Source: Sulfurospirillaceae bacterium (GTDB taxonomy: Bacteria; Campylobacterota; Campylobacteria; Campylobacterales; Sulfurospirillaceae). From it: a stretch of 64,000 bases of DNA. Shown here piece by piece: positions 29,153-39,416 of the stretch. Position numbers and translations under genes: made by a program. The stretch is from positions 96,001-160,000 of the forward strand of contig JAWVXD010000003.1 of NCBI GenBank assembly GCA_033723415.1. Reading direction: 5' to 3'. The notes below the pieces were generated by a model. That model saw nothing but the letters and a program-made list of their open reading frames with translations. It made no database searches and had not been told where the DNA came from. Numbering within the stretch: position 1 is the first letter of the stretch; every line of letters starts with the position of its first letter.

Positions 29153-30793
29153 TTATCCTTCCCAAGCCTCATTTGCGATCTTTTTGGTTTCTTTTTGTAT
29201 CTCTTTCAAATGCTCTTCATCAATAAAACTTTCTGCATATATCTTATATATAGGCTCAGTACCTGAGGGGCGGATAGCAAACCAGCCATTATCCGTTACA
29301 ACCTTAAGACCTCCGATTGAAGCATTATTTCCTGGTGCTTTTGTAAGAATTGAGACAATCGGCTCACCTGCAAGAACTTTTGTTTTGATATCTTCAGGTA
29401 GAAGATTTTTGAGTATTTTTCTCTGTTTTTCATCTGCAGGGGCATCGATTCTATTGTATAGAGGATCTCCAAATTTTTCTGTAAGTTCTATATAATGCTC
29501 ACCAGGATCTTTTTGGGTGACTGCTAGGATTTCAGCTGCTAAAAGTGTCATGATGATGCCGTCTTTATCGGTTGTCCATACCGTACCGTCTTTCCTTAAA
29601 AAACTTGCTCCCGCACTCTCTTCACCACCAAAATAGATTTTGCCGCTCGTGAGTCCATCAACAAACCATTTGAAACCGACCGGTACTTCGATGACTTTTT
29701 TATCCAAGCTTTCTGCCACGCGGTCGATCATGGAACTGCTGACCAATGTTTTACCGATACCCAGATTTGCATCCCAAAGCGGTCGATTTTGCGCGAGGTA
29801 ATTGATAGCTACGCTGAGGTAATGATTGGGATTCATCAGCCCCATACTTTTGGTGACGATACCGTGGCGATCAAAATCCGTGTCATTTCCAAAAGCGATG
29901 TCAAATTTGTCTTTCATATCAATGAGTCCTGCCATCGCATAAGGTGACGAGCAATCCATGCGAATCTTGCCGTCTTTATCACAATGCATAAAAGAAAAAG
30001 TAGAATCAAGATGATCGTTAAAGATTTCCATATTGAGTCCATAATGTTCTTTGATCGCTTGATAGTATGCCATGCCGGCACCGCCCATAGCATCGGCTCC
30101 TATCAAAATACCAGATTGTGAGATTGCTTCCATATCTATTATATTTTCCAGATTTTGGACATAAGGCGTGATATAATCATATTGTGTGATACGGTTGCTT
30201 TTCAGAGCAACTTCAAATTCGACTTTCAAAACTTCACTTAGACCATGTTCTAAAATTTCATTGGCCCTTTTTTCAATCCAGTCCGTCACATCCGTGTCAG
30301 CCGGTCCGCCATGAGGAGGATTATATTTAAAACCACCATCACTTGGGGGATTGTGTGATGGTGTGATGACTATACCGTCACATTGTTGCTTCGTATTTTG
30401 GTTGTGTGTGAGAATGGCATGTGAGATCACGGGTGTGGGCGTGTAGCCAAAATCTTTTGCCATATAAACCGTGACTTTGTTTGCCGTAAGTACTTCTAGT
30501 GCCGTGATTTGAGCAGGATACGAGAGGGCGTGGGTATCCATACCGATAAATAAAATCCCTTCTATCCCTTTATGTTTTCGGTAATCACACACTGCTTGCG
30601 TGACGGCTAAGATGTGCGCCTCGTTAAAGCTGCTCGCAAGCGAAGAGCCTCGATGCCCTGAAGTCCCAAAACTGATCCTTTGTGCTTCAATCTTCGGATC
30701 AGGAGTCTTAGTGTAGTACTCACTGATCAGTTTTGGAATATTACAGAGCGATGATTTCGGTGCCAATTTCCCGGCATTTGGATGAAGACTCAT
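29153..30793 (-). CDS. pgm: Phosphoglucomutase (glucose-1,6-bisphosphate dependent)
   Basis: FGTSGHRG, ITPSHNPP, DTDFDRHG, GGEESAG and RPSGTE motifs. Confidence 0.95.
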   Translation of the reverse strand: MSLHPNAGKLAPKSSLCNIPKLISEYYTKTPDPKIEAQRISFGTSGHRGSSLASSFNEAHILAVTQAVCDYRKHKGIEGILFIGMDTHALSYPAQITALEVLTANKVTVYMAKDFGYTPTPVISHAILTHNQNTKQQCDGIVITPSHNPPSDGGFKYNPPHGGPADTDVTDWIEKRANEILEHGLSEVLKVEFEVALKSNRITQYDYITPYVQNLENIIDMEAISQSGILIGADAMGGAGMAYYQAIKEHYGLNMEIFNDHLDSTFSFMHCDKDGKIRMDCSSPYAMAGLIDMKDKFDIAFGNDTDFDRHGIVTKSMGLMNPNHYLSVAINYLAQNRPLWDANLGIGKTLVSSSMIDRVAESLDKKVIEVPVGFKWFVDGLTSGKIYFGGEESAGASFLRKDGTVWTTDKDGIIMTLLAAEILAVTQKDPGEHYIELTEKFGDPLYNRIDAPADEKQRKILKNLLPEDIKTKVLAGEPIVSILTKAPGNNASIGGLKVVTDNGWFAIRPSGTEPIYKIYAESFIDEEHLKEIQKETKKIANEAWEG

Positions 30794-30802
30794 AGCATTT
30801 AC

Positions 30803-32446
30803 CTAATAATTAAACATTTTGTCATAATATTCCGTTGCTTGTCTGCGTGAATCAAACTCAACTTCGATCTCCGTCATCGCACTTTTCATGATCTCAAGCC
30901 ATGTGTTTGGCTCTTTATAATAAGTCGGGATGATCTTATCTTCCAATATATCCATCATATGTTTATTGTCAAGTTTATCTTGCTCTTCAATCGGCAATTT
31001 ATAATCAACCGCAGGTATCGTAAACGCATTTTTGCCGTCTCTTGCAAATTCAGGATGCCAGCCGTCATCGATCGAGAAGTGGATCGATCCGTTCATACTC
31101 GCAGCCATACCGCTTGTACCGCTTGCTTCTCTGGTGATCCTTGGCGTATTGAGCCAAACATCGCTTCCTTGTTTTAGCATTTTTGAAAGGGTGAGTTCAT
31201 ACCCTACTAAAACCGCCATATTTTTATAGTGATGACTGATATTGACCAGTTCGTTAAAGATGTCGATCGCGCCGTAGTCGGTTGGATAAGGCTTGCCAGC
31301 CCAGATGATTTGTACCGGCATATCCACGCGTTTCATCAATTTTACAAAGCGTTCAAAATCGTACTTCAAAAGTCCCGGTCTTTTGTACTCTGCAAAGCGT
31401 CTTGCCCAGACGATGGTGAGGATCTCAGGGTCAAACATCTTTCCGGTTTGATCGGCTACGACATCAAAAAGTATCTTCTTGAGGTGTTTTTTTCTCGCAA
31501 TGATCTCATAATCTTCGTGTTCATCCAGATTTCGCGTGAGCGTCTTGTCGCTCCAGTATTTTTTGTTTTGTGAGTTGGTGATGGAGATGATCTCGCATCT
31601 GCCTTCCACATGCGACCACATCTCGTTTGAGACTTTCGCGTGGATCTTGGATACGGCATTGGCGATCTTGGCACTTCTTAGCGCGCCTACGGTCAAGCTA
31701 AAATTATCATCATGTTCGTAGCCGCTGATTTTGCGTACAGTCTCTAAATCCAAACCGTTAAAAAATCCCATCTCATGTAAAAAGTTGATATTGTGCTCTT
31801 CATTACCTGCTTTTTCAGGCGTATGGGTGGTAAAAACGACTTGTTTTTTGATCGCTTCTACGTCTGGATTTTGATTGTAGAGTTCGTAAACCAAAGGCAG
31901 GGCATGTCCTTCATTCATATGATAGATGTCGATATTTTGTTTTAGGGCATCTAAAACTTTTACGCCTCCGATTCCCAAGACAATCTCTTGTGCGACTCTT
32001 GTGCGCTCATTGCCGTCATAAAGTTTATGTGTTATGGTTCGAGCCAGATAGTCGTTTTCATCCGTATCGGTTGAAAGCAAGATGAGAGGTGCCGCGCCAA
32101 AGACTTCAGGTTTGACAAGAAATGCTTTGATAACGACATCTTCACCGTGGATCTTAACGGTAACTTTGACATCTAATTCTTGCAAAAAGTAGTAAAATTT
32201 TCGCGTATAGACAGGGCGAAGCGTGCGGTCTTCGTTTCGTGCTTGATCATAATACCCAAAGCTCCAAAGAAGCCCGACTCCAACGATATTTTGTCTGAGA
32301 TCATAAGCACTTCTCATGTGAGAACCGGCTAAAAATCCAAGTCCTCCAGAGTAAATTTTGAGTGCTTGATCGATGGCAAATTCCATAGAAAAGTATGCTA
32401 CGGCTTTATCATATTTTTTATTGATGTCGTATGAAAAAAGATTCAT
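30803..32446 (-). CDS. glgP: Short GT35 alpha-glucan phosphorylase-like protein (PLP Lys replaced by Ala)
   Basis: YFSMEF, YSGGLGFLAG, HMNEGH, FTTHTP, ARRFAEYKR and EASGTSGMAASMNG motifs. Confidence 0.82.
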   Translation of the reverse strand: MNLFSYDINKKYDKAVAYFSMEFAIDQALKIYSGGLGFLAGSHMRSAYDLRQNIVGVGLLWSFGYYDQARNEDRTLRPVYTRKFYYFLQELDVKVTVKIHGEDVVIKAFLVKPEVFGAAPLILLSTDTDENDYLARTITHKLYDGNERTRVAQEIVLGIGGVKVLDALKQNIDIYHMNEGHALPLVYELYNQNPDVEAIKKQVVFTTHTPEKAGNEEHNINFLHEMGFFNGLDLETVRKISGYEHDDNFSLTVGALRSAKIANAVSKIHAKVSNEMWSHVEGRCEIISITNSQNKKYWSDKTLTRNLDEHEDYEIIARKKHLKKILFDVVADQTGKMFDPEILTIVWARRFAEYKRPGLLKYDFERFVKLMKRVDMPVQIIWAGKPYPTDYGAIDIFNELVNISHHYKNMAVLVGYELTLSKMLKQGSDVWLNTPRITREASGTSGMAASMNGSIHFSIDDGWHPEFARDGKNAFTIPAVDYKLPIEEQDKLDNKHMMDILEDKIIPTYYKEPNTWLEIMKSAMTEIEVEFDSRRQATEYYDKMFNY

Positions 32447-33696
32447 TTTATTCCTTGATTTTTTTGTAAATTTTTATAGAGTATTTGTTTTCCAAGCTCG
32501 ACTCCTGGTTGATCGTAAGTGTTGATATCAAGTAAGACGCCGACTGCTGAAGTTAAAATCTCATAGTACATGACAAGGGCACCTATATTTTCAGCTGTTA
32601 TGCTATCAAATGTGATGATGTCGGTGTCGATTTTCATATCGCTTAAGCTTTGCATAGTAGCATCGCATTGTGCATTGATGAGTTGGTTGAATTTTTTTGT
32701 ATTTATAAAATTAGTCTTTTCGATACCTTGAAGCGTGATATCAGGTACGCTTATATCATCTTGAAAATCCTCGATTTTGATAAATGTTACAAATTTATCC
32801 CTCGGTCCTTCTATGATGAGTTGCAAAAAAGAGTGTTGATCCACCGCTCCTATGAGCCCGATTGGAGTGAGCCCTACGTGGTTTCCTTTTTTATCTACTT
32901 TACCTAAGGATTCAGCCCATAATTGGACAAACCATTTTGTAAAATTCTCTAATCTGTCGGCATAGGAAAACAGAACATTGATCGGTGTTTTTTTAGAGTT
33001 CTCGACTAAGTACATAGCTTTTTCAATGACATGATCTTCGCTCCCTTCAAAAAAACTTTTTACAAAATCTCCTGCCCCGTTCAAAACGCTTGTCATGTCA
33101 TATCCACTAACATAAAGAGGTACTACTCCAACAGCACTTAGAACTGAAAATCTACCACCTACGTTTAAAGGGATATTGAATTCCAAAATTTTATTTTCTT
33201 TGGCAAAAGAAGAAAGCGCGGAATCTGCATCGGTTATTGCAAATATTCTTTTATTATCTTTGCCTTTTAAGTCTATATCGCAGAACTTTATCAGCGTTTT
33301 AAATATGGAAGTCGTCTCTATAGTCGATCCTGATTTTGAAATCACAAAGAAACATGCCTCTTCTTTCTTTATTTTGTGAAGATTTTGGCTGATACTTAAG
33401 GGGTCTGAGTTTTCTAAAAAGATCATCTCTTTAACATTCTTTGTATAAGCTCTGAGTATCTGGTCAATTGCTTTGATGCCTAGAGATGAACCACCGATGC
33501 CGATTACGACTACTTGTGAGATATTGTCAAGATCAAGTTTGTCTATCATTTCTATATATTTGAGTGAACTTTGAGGCAGTTTATAGTATCCAACTTCATC
33601 ATTATCCATTTCAGCTTTTAGAGTTTGTATTGTATCTTTTATAGTTTTTTCTGCAATTAAACTATCGTGCGTAAATCGTTTATTGAATTTTAACAT
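32443..33696 (-). CDS. pgi: Glucose-6-phosphate isomerase
   Basis: GIGGSSLG, SKSGSTIET, VGGRFSVLS, QLWAESLGK and DQPGVELGK motifs. Confidence 0.95.
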   Translation of the reverse strand: MLKFNKRFTHDSLIAEKTIKDTIQTLKAEMDNDEVGYYKLPQSSLKYIEMIDKLDLDNISQVVVIGIGGSSLGIKAIDQILRAYTKNVKEMIFLENSDPLSISQNLHKIKKEEACFFVISKSGSTIETTSIFKTLIKFCDIDLKGKDNKRIFAITDADSALSSFAKENKILEFNIPLNVGGRFSVLSAVGVVPLYVSGYDMTSVLNGAGDFVKSFFEGSEDHVIEKAMYLVENSKKTPINVLFSYADRLENFTKWFVQLWAESLGKVDKKGNHVGLTPIGLIGAVDQHSFLQLIIEGPRDKFVTFIKIEDFQDDISVPDITLQGIEKTNFINTKKFNQLINAQCDATMQSLSDMKIDTDIITFDSITAENIGALVMYYEILTSAVGVLLDINTYDQPGVELGKQILYKNLQKNQGIK

Positions 33697-33792
33697 ATCA
33701 ATCTCCTGTTGAACTCTTTGGCTAATTACCTATTATACTAAAAAACTAGTATAGCGTAAGAGATTTTGTGATTAAAATAGAGCATATTTTGC

Positions 33793-35712
33793 TCAAACTT
33801 TTTTGAAAAACATCACACTAAGTGCCGGAATCGTAACTTTAGTCATAAAATCTCTGCCATGATGTGATTTTTTCATTGATTTTATCTTCTTTCTTTTGTT
33901 TGTATTCCAACCGCAAAACTCATCAGATTGCGAATTAAAGATCTCTATATATTCTCCATCCTTTGGAAGTCCTAGAATATAGTTTTCATGTGTTTTATCT
34001 GAAAAATTACAAATGACTATGATCAAAGAGTTTGATTTTATATCTTTTCTTATAAATGATATGACATTTGCGCTGTAATCATTTTCATCAATCCACTCAA
34101 AACCATTGTGTGAAGTATCATATGTATGAAGGGCTGATTCTCTTTGATATAAATCATTTAAGTTTTTTATCAAATTTTGTATTCCCTTATGTTCTCTTTG
34201 TGCTAATAAATGCCAATCCAAACTTTTCTCATAATTCCACTCTGCAAATTGAGCAAATTCATCTCCCATAAATAGAAGTTTTTTACCAGGATGTGCGAAC
34301 ATAAGCGCATACATAGCTCTAAGATTTGCAAATTTTTGATTGTTGTCTCCGGGCATCTTGTTGATGAGAGAGCCTTTCATGTGTACAACTTCATCATGAC
34401 TAAGAGGCAAGATATAATTTTCATTGAACATATATACGAAACTAAAGGTAAGATCTTTGTGGTGAAACTGTCTGTAGATCGGGTCATTTTTCATATATTT
34501 GAGTATATCGTGCATCCATCCCATGTTCCATTTGTAGTCAAACCCGAGTCCTCCTTTGATAAGATCACCTGTGACCAAAGGAAAGTTTGTGGATTCTTCA
34601 GCAAAGATAATAGCATCGCTATAAAATTCATTGACTGTTGTATTTAATTGTTTTAGGAATTTTATTGCACCGAGGTTTTCATTGCCTCCAAATTCATTTG
34701 GACTCCATTCTCCTTCTTCTCTGGCATAATCCAAATATAGCATAGAAGCAACAGCATCTACTCTGATACCGTCTATATGGTACATCTCAAGCCAAAACAT
34801 AGCAGAACTTATAAGAAATTCTCTAACTTCGTTTCTATCATAATTAAATATAGCACTTCCCCATTGAGGGTGATATCCTTTTTGTGGATCTTTGTGTTCA
34901 TAAAGACAAGTTCCATCAAAATTCATCAGACCGTGACCGTCAGTAACAAAGTGGGAAGGAACCCAATCTAGGATAACTCCGATGCCGTTTTGATGCATAA
35001 TATCTACAAATTTCATAAATTCCTGCGGTGTTCCGTATCTGGATGTCGGCGCAAAATATCCACTGACTTGATAACCCCAAGATCCTACAAAAGGGTATTC
35101 TGTAATAGGCATTAATTCAACGTGAGTAAATTTCATCTCCTTCAGATATATAGCCAATTCGATTGCAGATTCTTCATAGGTTAGAAATCTGTTATTTTCT
35201 TCAACCTTTCTTTTCCATGAACCAAGATGCACTTCATACACTGAAATAGGAGCAGTTTGTGCATTGTTTTTGTTTCTTGTGCGCATCCATAGTTTATCAT
35301 TCCAGTTAAATTTTTCAATTTCGCATACTTTTGAAGCAGAATTTGGCGCCACTTCTGCGTAAAAGGCATAAGGATCTGCTTTGTCTGGATTTGCATTTTG
35401 AGTATCTGTAAAGATATGGTATTTATAGCTGCATCCTTCACTTACATCGCTGATAAATCCTTCCCAGATACCGGAATTATCGCTTCTACATTTTAGTTTG
35501 TGAGAGTTTGGATTATAATCGTTAAAATCTCCTCTAACGCTTACTTCTTTGGCATTTGGTGCCCAAAGTGCAAAATATACACCATTTTCATTGTTCCTTG
35601 ATACTAAGTGGGAGCCAAAATGTTTATAAAGCTGTGAATGAGTTCCTTCTTTGAAAAGATATATATCTAACTCACCAAAAAGGCTCACATCATGGTACAT
35701 TTTATATTTCAT
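33793..35712 (-). CDS. glgB: 1,4-alpha-glucan branching enzyme (GH13)
   Basis: YEVHLGSW, WGYQ, DWVPSHF, GIRVDAVASM, AEEST and LSHDEVVH motifs. Confidence 0.96.
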   Translation of the reverse strand: MKYKMYHDVSLFGELDIYLFKEGTHSQLYKHFGSHLVSRNNENGVYFALWAPNAKEVSVRGDFNDYNPNSHKLKCRSDNSGIWEGFISDVSEGCSYKYHIFTDTQNANPDKADPYAFYAEVAPNSASKVCEIEKFNWNDKLWMRTRNKNNAQTAPISVYEVHLGSWKRKVEENNRFLTYEESAIELAIYLKEMKFTHVELMPITEYPFVGSWGYQVSGYFAPTSRYGTPQEFMKFVDIMHQNGIGVILDWVPSHFVTDGHGLMNFDGTCLYEHKDPQKGYHPQWGSAIFNYDRNEVREFLISSAMFWLEMYHIDGIRVDAVASMLYLDYAREEGEWSPNEFGGNENLGAIKFLKQLNTTVNEFYSDAIIFAEESTNFPLVTGDLIKGGLGFDYKWNMGWMHDILKYMKNDPIYRQFHHKDLTFSFVYMFNENYILPLSHDEVVHMKGSLINKMPGDNNQKFANLRAMYALMFAHPGKKLLFMGDEFAQFAEWNYEKSLDWHLLAQREHKGIQNLIKNLNDLYQRESALHTYDTSHNGFEWIDENDYSANVISFIRKDIKSNSLIIVICNFSDKTHENYILGLPKDGEYIEIFNSQSDEFCGWNTNKRKKIKSMKKSHHGRDFMTKVTIPALSVMFFKKV

Positions 35713-35720
35713 TTTAATTC

Positions 35721-37190
35721 CTAATTTCTATGTTTGTCGAGTGCAAATCTATAGACTTCTTCATATGATTGTGCAGCTTTATCCCAGTTAAAGCGCATTT
35801 GCATCGCTCTCTCCCGCATTTCTAGAAAGTCTGATTTATTATTGTTGTATATCTCTATAGCCCATTTGATAGTATTATATAAAGCTCCGGCACTTGCCTC
35901 GTAAAATTTAAATCCATTGCTTTTTGGATTAGAACTTTCAAAATTTACTATAGTATCATCAAGTCCTCCTGTTGCACGCACGATCGGCAGCGTTCCGTAT
36001 CTTAGGGAGTAAATCTGATTTAAGCCGCATGGTTCAAACAAGGAAGGCATCAAAAACATATCGCTTCCTGCTTCAATTTTGTGTGCAAGAGCATCATTAT
36101 ATCCAACATGAAGTCCAAATTTGTCTTGATGTTTGGCAGCAGTTTCTCCAAAATAGAATTCAGCCCATCTCTCCCCTGTTCCCAGCATAACTATTTGCAT
36201 ATCCAGTGCCAAAAGACCTTTGATGATCTCTGCTATTAGAGATATTCCTTTTTGTTCTGCAAATCTTCCGACAAAGCCCAAAAGAGGGACAGATGAATCA
36301 ACTTTTAATCCAAATTGTTTTTGAAGATCTGCTTTACAAACTGTTTTTCCGTCTATGTCATCAATATCAAATTTTTCAGCGATTTTCTCATCTGTGGCAG
36401 GATTCCATTCTTCATAATCAACACCGTTTAGTATCCCAAATAGTTTACTCCTGTGTGCTCTGATATGCTCTTCTAATCCAAAGCCAAACTCCGGTGTTTG
36501 TATCTCATAAGCATATTTTTTAGAGACCGTGGTTATTGCATCGGCATGCGCAATACCGCCTCTTAAAAAGTTGACATGACCGTATTTTTCAAATTCCATA
36601 GGATTGAAATGTTCCCAGCCGACTTCCATAACATCCATAACACCTTTGAAAAAATCCCCTTGATGTTGAAGATTGTGTATAGTTAAAACAGATGCGCAGG
36701 AAGCAAAATCTGTATGAAAGCGTGTTTGACATAGTATAGGCAGCATCGCAGTATGCCAGTCATTTGCATGGACTATGTCGGGGTTAAAAGAGATTTTTTT
36801 GCTTAACTGCAGGGCGGCTTTAGATAAAAATATAAAGCGATTGTCATTGTCCGTGTATGCTATCCCTTCTTCATCATACAAGCCGCTTCGCCCAAAGAAA
36901 TTTTCATAATCTATAAAATATATAGGTACATCGCTTTTGGGCAAGGTCGTCATGAATACTTCGCACCAAAGCTCACCCATTGGACCCATAGGAACCCCAA
37001 GAGCTCCAGTAAGAGGGGTGAGAGAACTTTTGTCGATGCTGTAATACCTAGGCATTACTACGATGATGTCATGACCTAGTTTTTTTATTGCCTTGGGAAG
37101 TGCTCCTGCCACATCTGCTAATCCACCTGTTTTGGCAAACGGTACGACCTCGGATGCAACAAATAAGATATTTAGCTTTTCACTAGACAT
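35721..37190 (-). CDS. glgA: Glycogen synthase (GT5), copy 1
   Basis: KTGGLADV, HANDWH, TIHNL and PSLFEPCGLNQ motifs. Confidence 0.94.
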   Translation of the reverse strand: MSSEKLNILFVASEVVPFAKTGGLADVAGALPKAIKKLGHDIIVVMPRYYSIDKSSLTPLTGALGVPMGPMGELWCEVFMTTLPKSDVPIYFIDYENFFGRSGLYDEEGIAYTDNDNRFIFLSKAALQLSKKISFNPDIVHANDWHTAMLPILCQTRFHTDFASCASVLTIHNLQHQGDFFKGVMDVMEVGWEHFNPMEFEKYGHVNFLRGGIAHADAITTVSKKYAYEIQTPEFGFGLEEHIRAHRSKLFGILNGVDYEEWNPATDEKIAEKFDIDDIDGKTVCKADLQKQFGLKVDSSVPLLGFVGRFAEQKGISLIAEIIKGLLALDMQIVMLGTGERWAEFYFGETAAKHQDKFGLHVGYNDALAHKIEAGSDMFLMPSLFEPCGLNQIYSLRYGTLPIVRATGGLDDTIVNFESSNPKSNGFKFYEASAGALYNTIKWAIEIYNNNKSDFLEMRERAMQMRFNWDKAAQSYEEVYRFALDKHRN

Positions 37191-38025
37191 ATGAATCCTT
37201 TAATAAAAGTGCACCAAGGAGTGGTGCTTCTCCAAGATTGCTCTGGATGATCTTAGCGCTTTTTAGTGAAGTTTTCAGCGCGTATTGATTGATATTTTCT
37301 TGAACCAAACCTAGTAGATAAGGATTTGATTCGATGATACCTCCGCCCAATACCAAAATTTCAGGATTAAAGAGAGTGATCACACAGCCTGTTGCATAAA
37401 GCAAGGCTCGCTCAAATTGATCTAAAATCTTCTGTGCATCGGGGTCTGTCTCATTCTTCAATGCTTCTAAGCTCAAATTGCAATTTAAATTATAGTATTT
37501 TATCCATTTTTCAAGTCCTGAACCTGATACAAAAAGTTCCAAGCAGTTTTCTCTGCCGCATCCGCATTTAAAAGGAGCATCCAAGAAAGGAATATGCCCG
37601 ATCTCTGTGGCAAAATTTTCACTTCCTTTTATAAGTTTGTTATTTTCTACGACACCAAGTCCTATGCCGGTTCCTATATATAAAGCACAGATATTTTTGC
37701 TTTTGTGCTCTTTTGATTCAGCAAGTACCGCACATTTTAGGTCATTTTCAATGAAGAGTTTGATCTTATAGTTTTGCTCAAAGTACTCTTTGATATCAGG
37801 TTTGTCTACTTTGATATTCGGCGAATCAATGATCCTGGAATTGCTGACTTGTCCTGCATATGAGATGCATACCGTTTTAACTTTTGGATTGTTTTTGAGA
37901 ATATCTTCTATCCAAGTTACAAGATTGTTTTCTTTACTTTTTGAGTTGTATGATCTGATCTCTTTTGTATTTTGGTAAATTTTCGCTCTTAGATTTGTAC
38001 CTCCGGCATCAATCGCTAAGATCAT
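37183..38025 (-). CDS. ROK-family sugar kinase (probable glucokinase)
   Basis: DAGGT, ENDL, GTGIGLG and EIGH...CGCGRENCLE motifs. Confidence 0.88.
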   Translation of the reverse strand: MILAIDAGGTNLRAKIYQNTKEIRSYNSKSKENNLVTWIEDILKNNPKVKTVCISYAGQVSNSRIIDSPNIKVDKPDIKEYFEQNYKIKLFIENDLKCAVLAESKEHKSKNICALYIGTGIGLGVVENNKLIKGSENFATEIGHIPFLDAPFKCGCGRENCLELFVSGSGLEKWIKYYNLNCNLSLEALKNETDPDAQKILDQFERALLYATGCVITLFNPEILVLGGGIIESNPYLLGLVQENINQYALKTSLKSAKIIQSNLGEAPLLGALLLKDSYV

Positions 38026-39416
38026 GACAACAGCTTCTTATATAGTTCTAGATACTTTAATGCACTTTGATCAAATGAAAAATCACATTTCATGTTAAAT
38101 ATTTGCATCTCTTTGATCTTCTTTTTATCTTCATATAACTTTAGAGCTCTTTTGATAGCTTGTTTAAATGCAGTGTTCGTAGGTTTTTTAAAACTGATAC
38201 CTCTACCGCATTTCAATGTTTTTTCATGTACGCTGTCATGTAAGCCGCCGGTGTCATGAACGATCGGGATGCTCGCGTATCTAAAAGCTATCATTTGTGC
38301 TAAACCGCAAGGCTCAAACAGTGATGGCATCAAGAAAAAGTCGGCTCCTGCATAGATCTGATGAGACAACTCTTCGTTAAAACCAAAATATAATTTAAAA
38401 TTTTTGTGTGATTCAGATATCTCTAAAAGAGCTTTCTTATAATGACTCTCACCATCTACCAAGAGTATAACGTTCAGCTTGTTTTCTAATATTTTTTCCA
38501 AAGATGCCAGTAGTATATCAAAGCCCTTTTGTTCGGTGAGTCTGCTTATCATGACAAAAAGAGGAAAATTTTCATTCTTTAAATCGCTTTTTTTGAGTAT
38601 AAATCTTTTGTTCTCTGCTTTTGATCCAAGGGTATTTTGATCGAATGTTTTAGCTAGTGTTTTATCATTTTGCGGATCGAAGATCGTGATATCTATGCCA
38701 TTGATGATCCCGGATAATTTGGATTTGAATTGGCATAAAAAACCGTCTAATCCGCAGCCGAAAGACGGTGTTAGTATCTCTTTTGCATAATTTGGACTAA
38801 CCGTCGTGATAGCATCACTATATTTTATACCTGCTTTCATAAAGTTGCATTTCCCGTAAAATTCCAAGGTTTGCATATTAAAATATTTTTTGTCAATTCC
38901 AAGCCTTTGAAGTGATTTCTCTTCAAAGATTCCTTGATATGCGAGATTATGAATCGTAAAAATCGTTTTTATTTGTTTATTCTCTTCTTTATTCCAAAGT
39001 GCTGCAAGCGCACTGTGCCAATCATTGAGATGGATGATATCGACTTTCAGAAGAGACGCTAATTTTACGATTGCTTTACTAAATATGCCAAAACGAATGT
39101 CGTTATTTGCATAAGCCTCACTGTCTCCATATAGCTTTTGTGTATCGCTTAGAAGAGGGGCTTTTATGAGATAAGTGCTCAGATTTTGGTTTTGAGTTTT
39201 GTAAATGATTATGTCGTAATTGATGCCGCCAAGATCAAGAGAAAAAGAGATGTCGCTTTTCTCAAAATTGTTTTCATTCATAAAGCCATAAAAAGGCATG
39301 ACAGAGATGATTCGCGCATGTTTGCTTAGAGCTAAAGGAAGTGCTCCTGCTACATCTGCCAATCCTCCGCTTTTGGCATAAGGAAAGATTTCGCTTGAGG
39401 CAAACAAAACTTTCAT
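38022..39416 (-). CDS. glgA: Glycogen synthase (GT5), copy 2
   Basis: KSGGLADV, HLNDWH and PSLFEPCGLAQ motifs. Start ATG 39416 after a GGAGG RBS. Confidence 0.88.
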   Translation of the reverse strand: MKVLFASSEIFPYAKSGGLADVAGALPLALSKHARIISVMPFYGFMNENNFEKSDISFSLDLGGINYDIIIYKTQNQNLSTYLIKAPLLSDTQKLYGDSEAYANNDIRFGIFSKAIVKLASLLKVDIIHLNDWHSALAALWNKEENKQIKTIFTIHNLAYQGIFEEKSLQRLGIDKKYFNMQTLEFYGKCNFMKAGIKYSDAITTVSPNYAKEILTPSFGCGLDGFLCQFKSKLSGIINGIDITIFDPQNDKTLAKTFDQNTLGSKAENKRFILKKSDLKNENFPLFVMISRLTEQKGFDILLASLEKILENKLNVILLVDGESHYKKALLEISESHKNFKLYFGFNEELSHQIYAGADFFLMPSLFEPCGLAQMIAFRYASIPIVHDTGGLHDSVHEKTLKCGRGISFKKPTNTAFKQAIKRALKLYEDKKKIKEMQIFNMKCDFSFDQSALKYLELYKKLLS

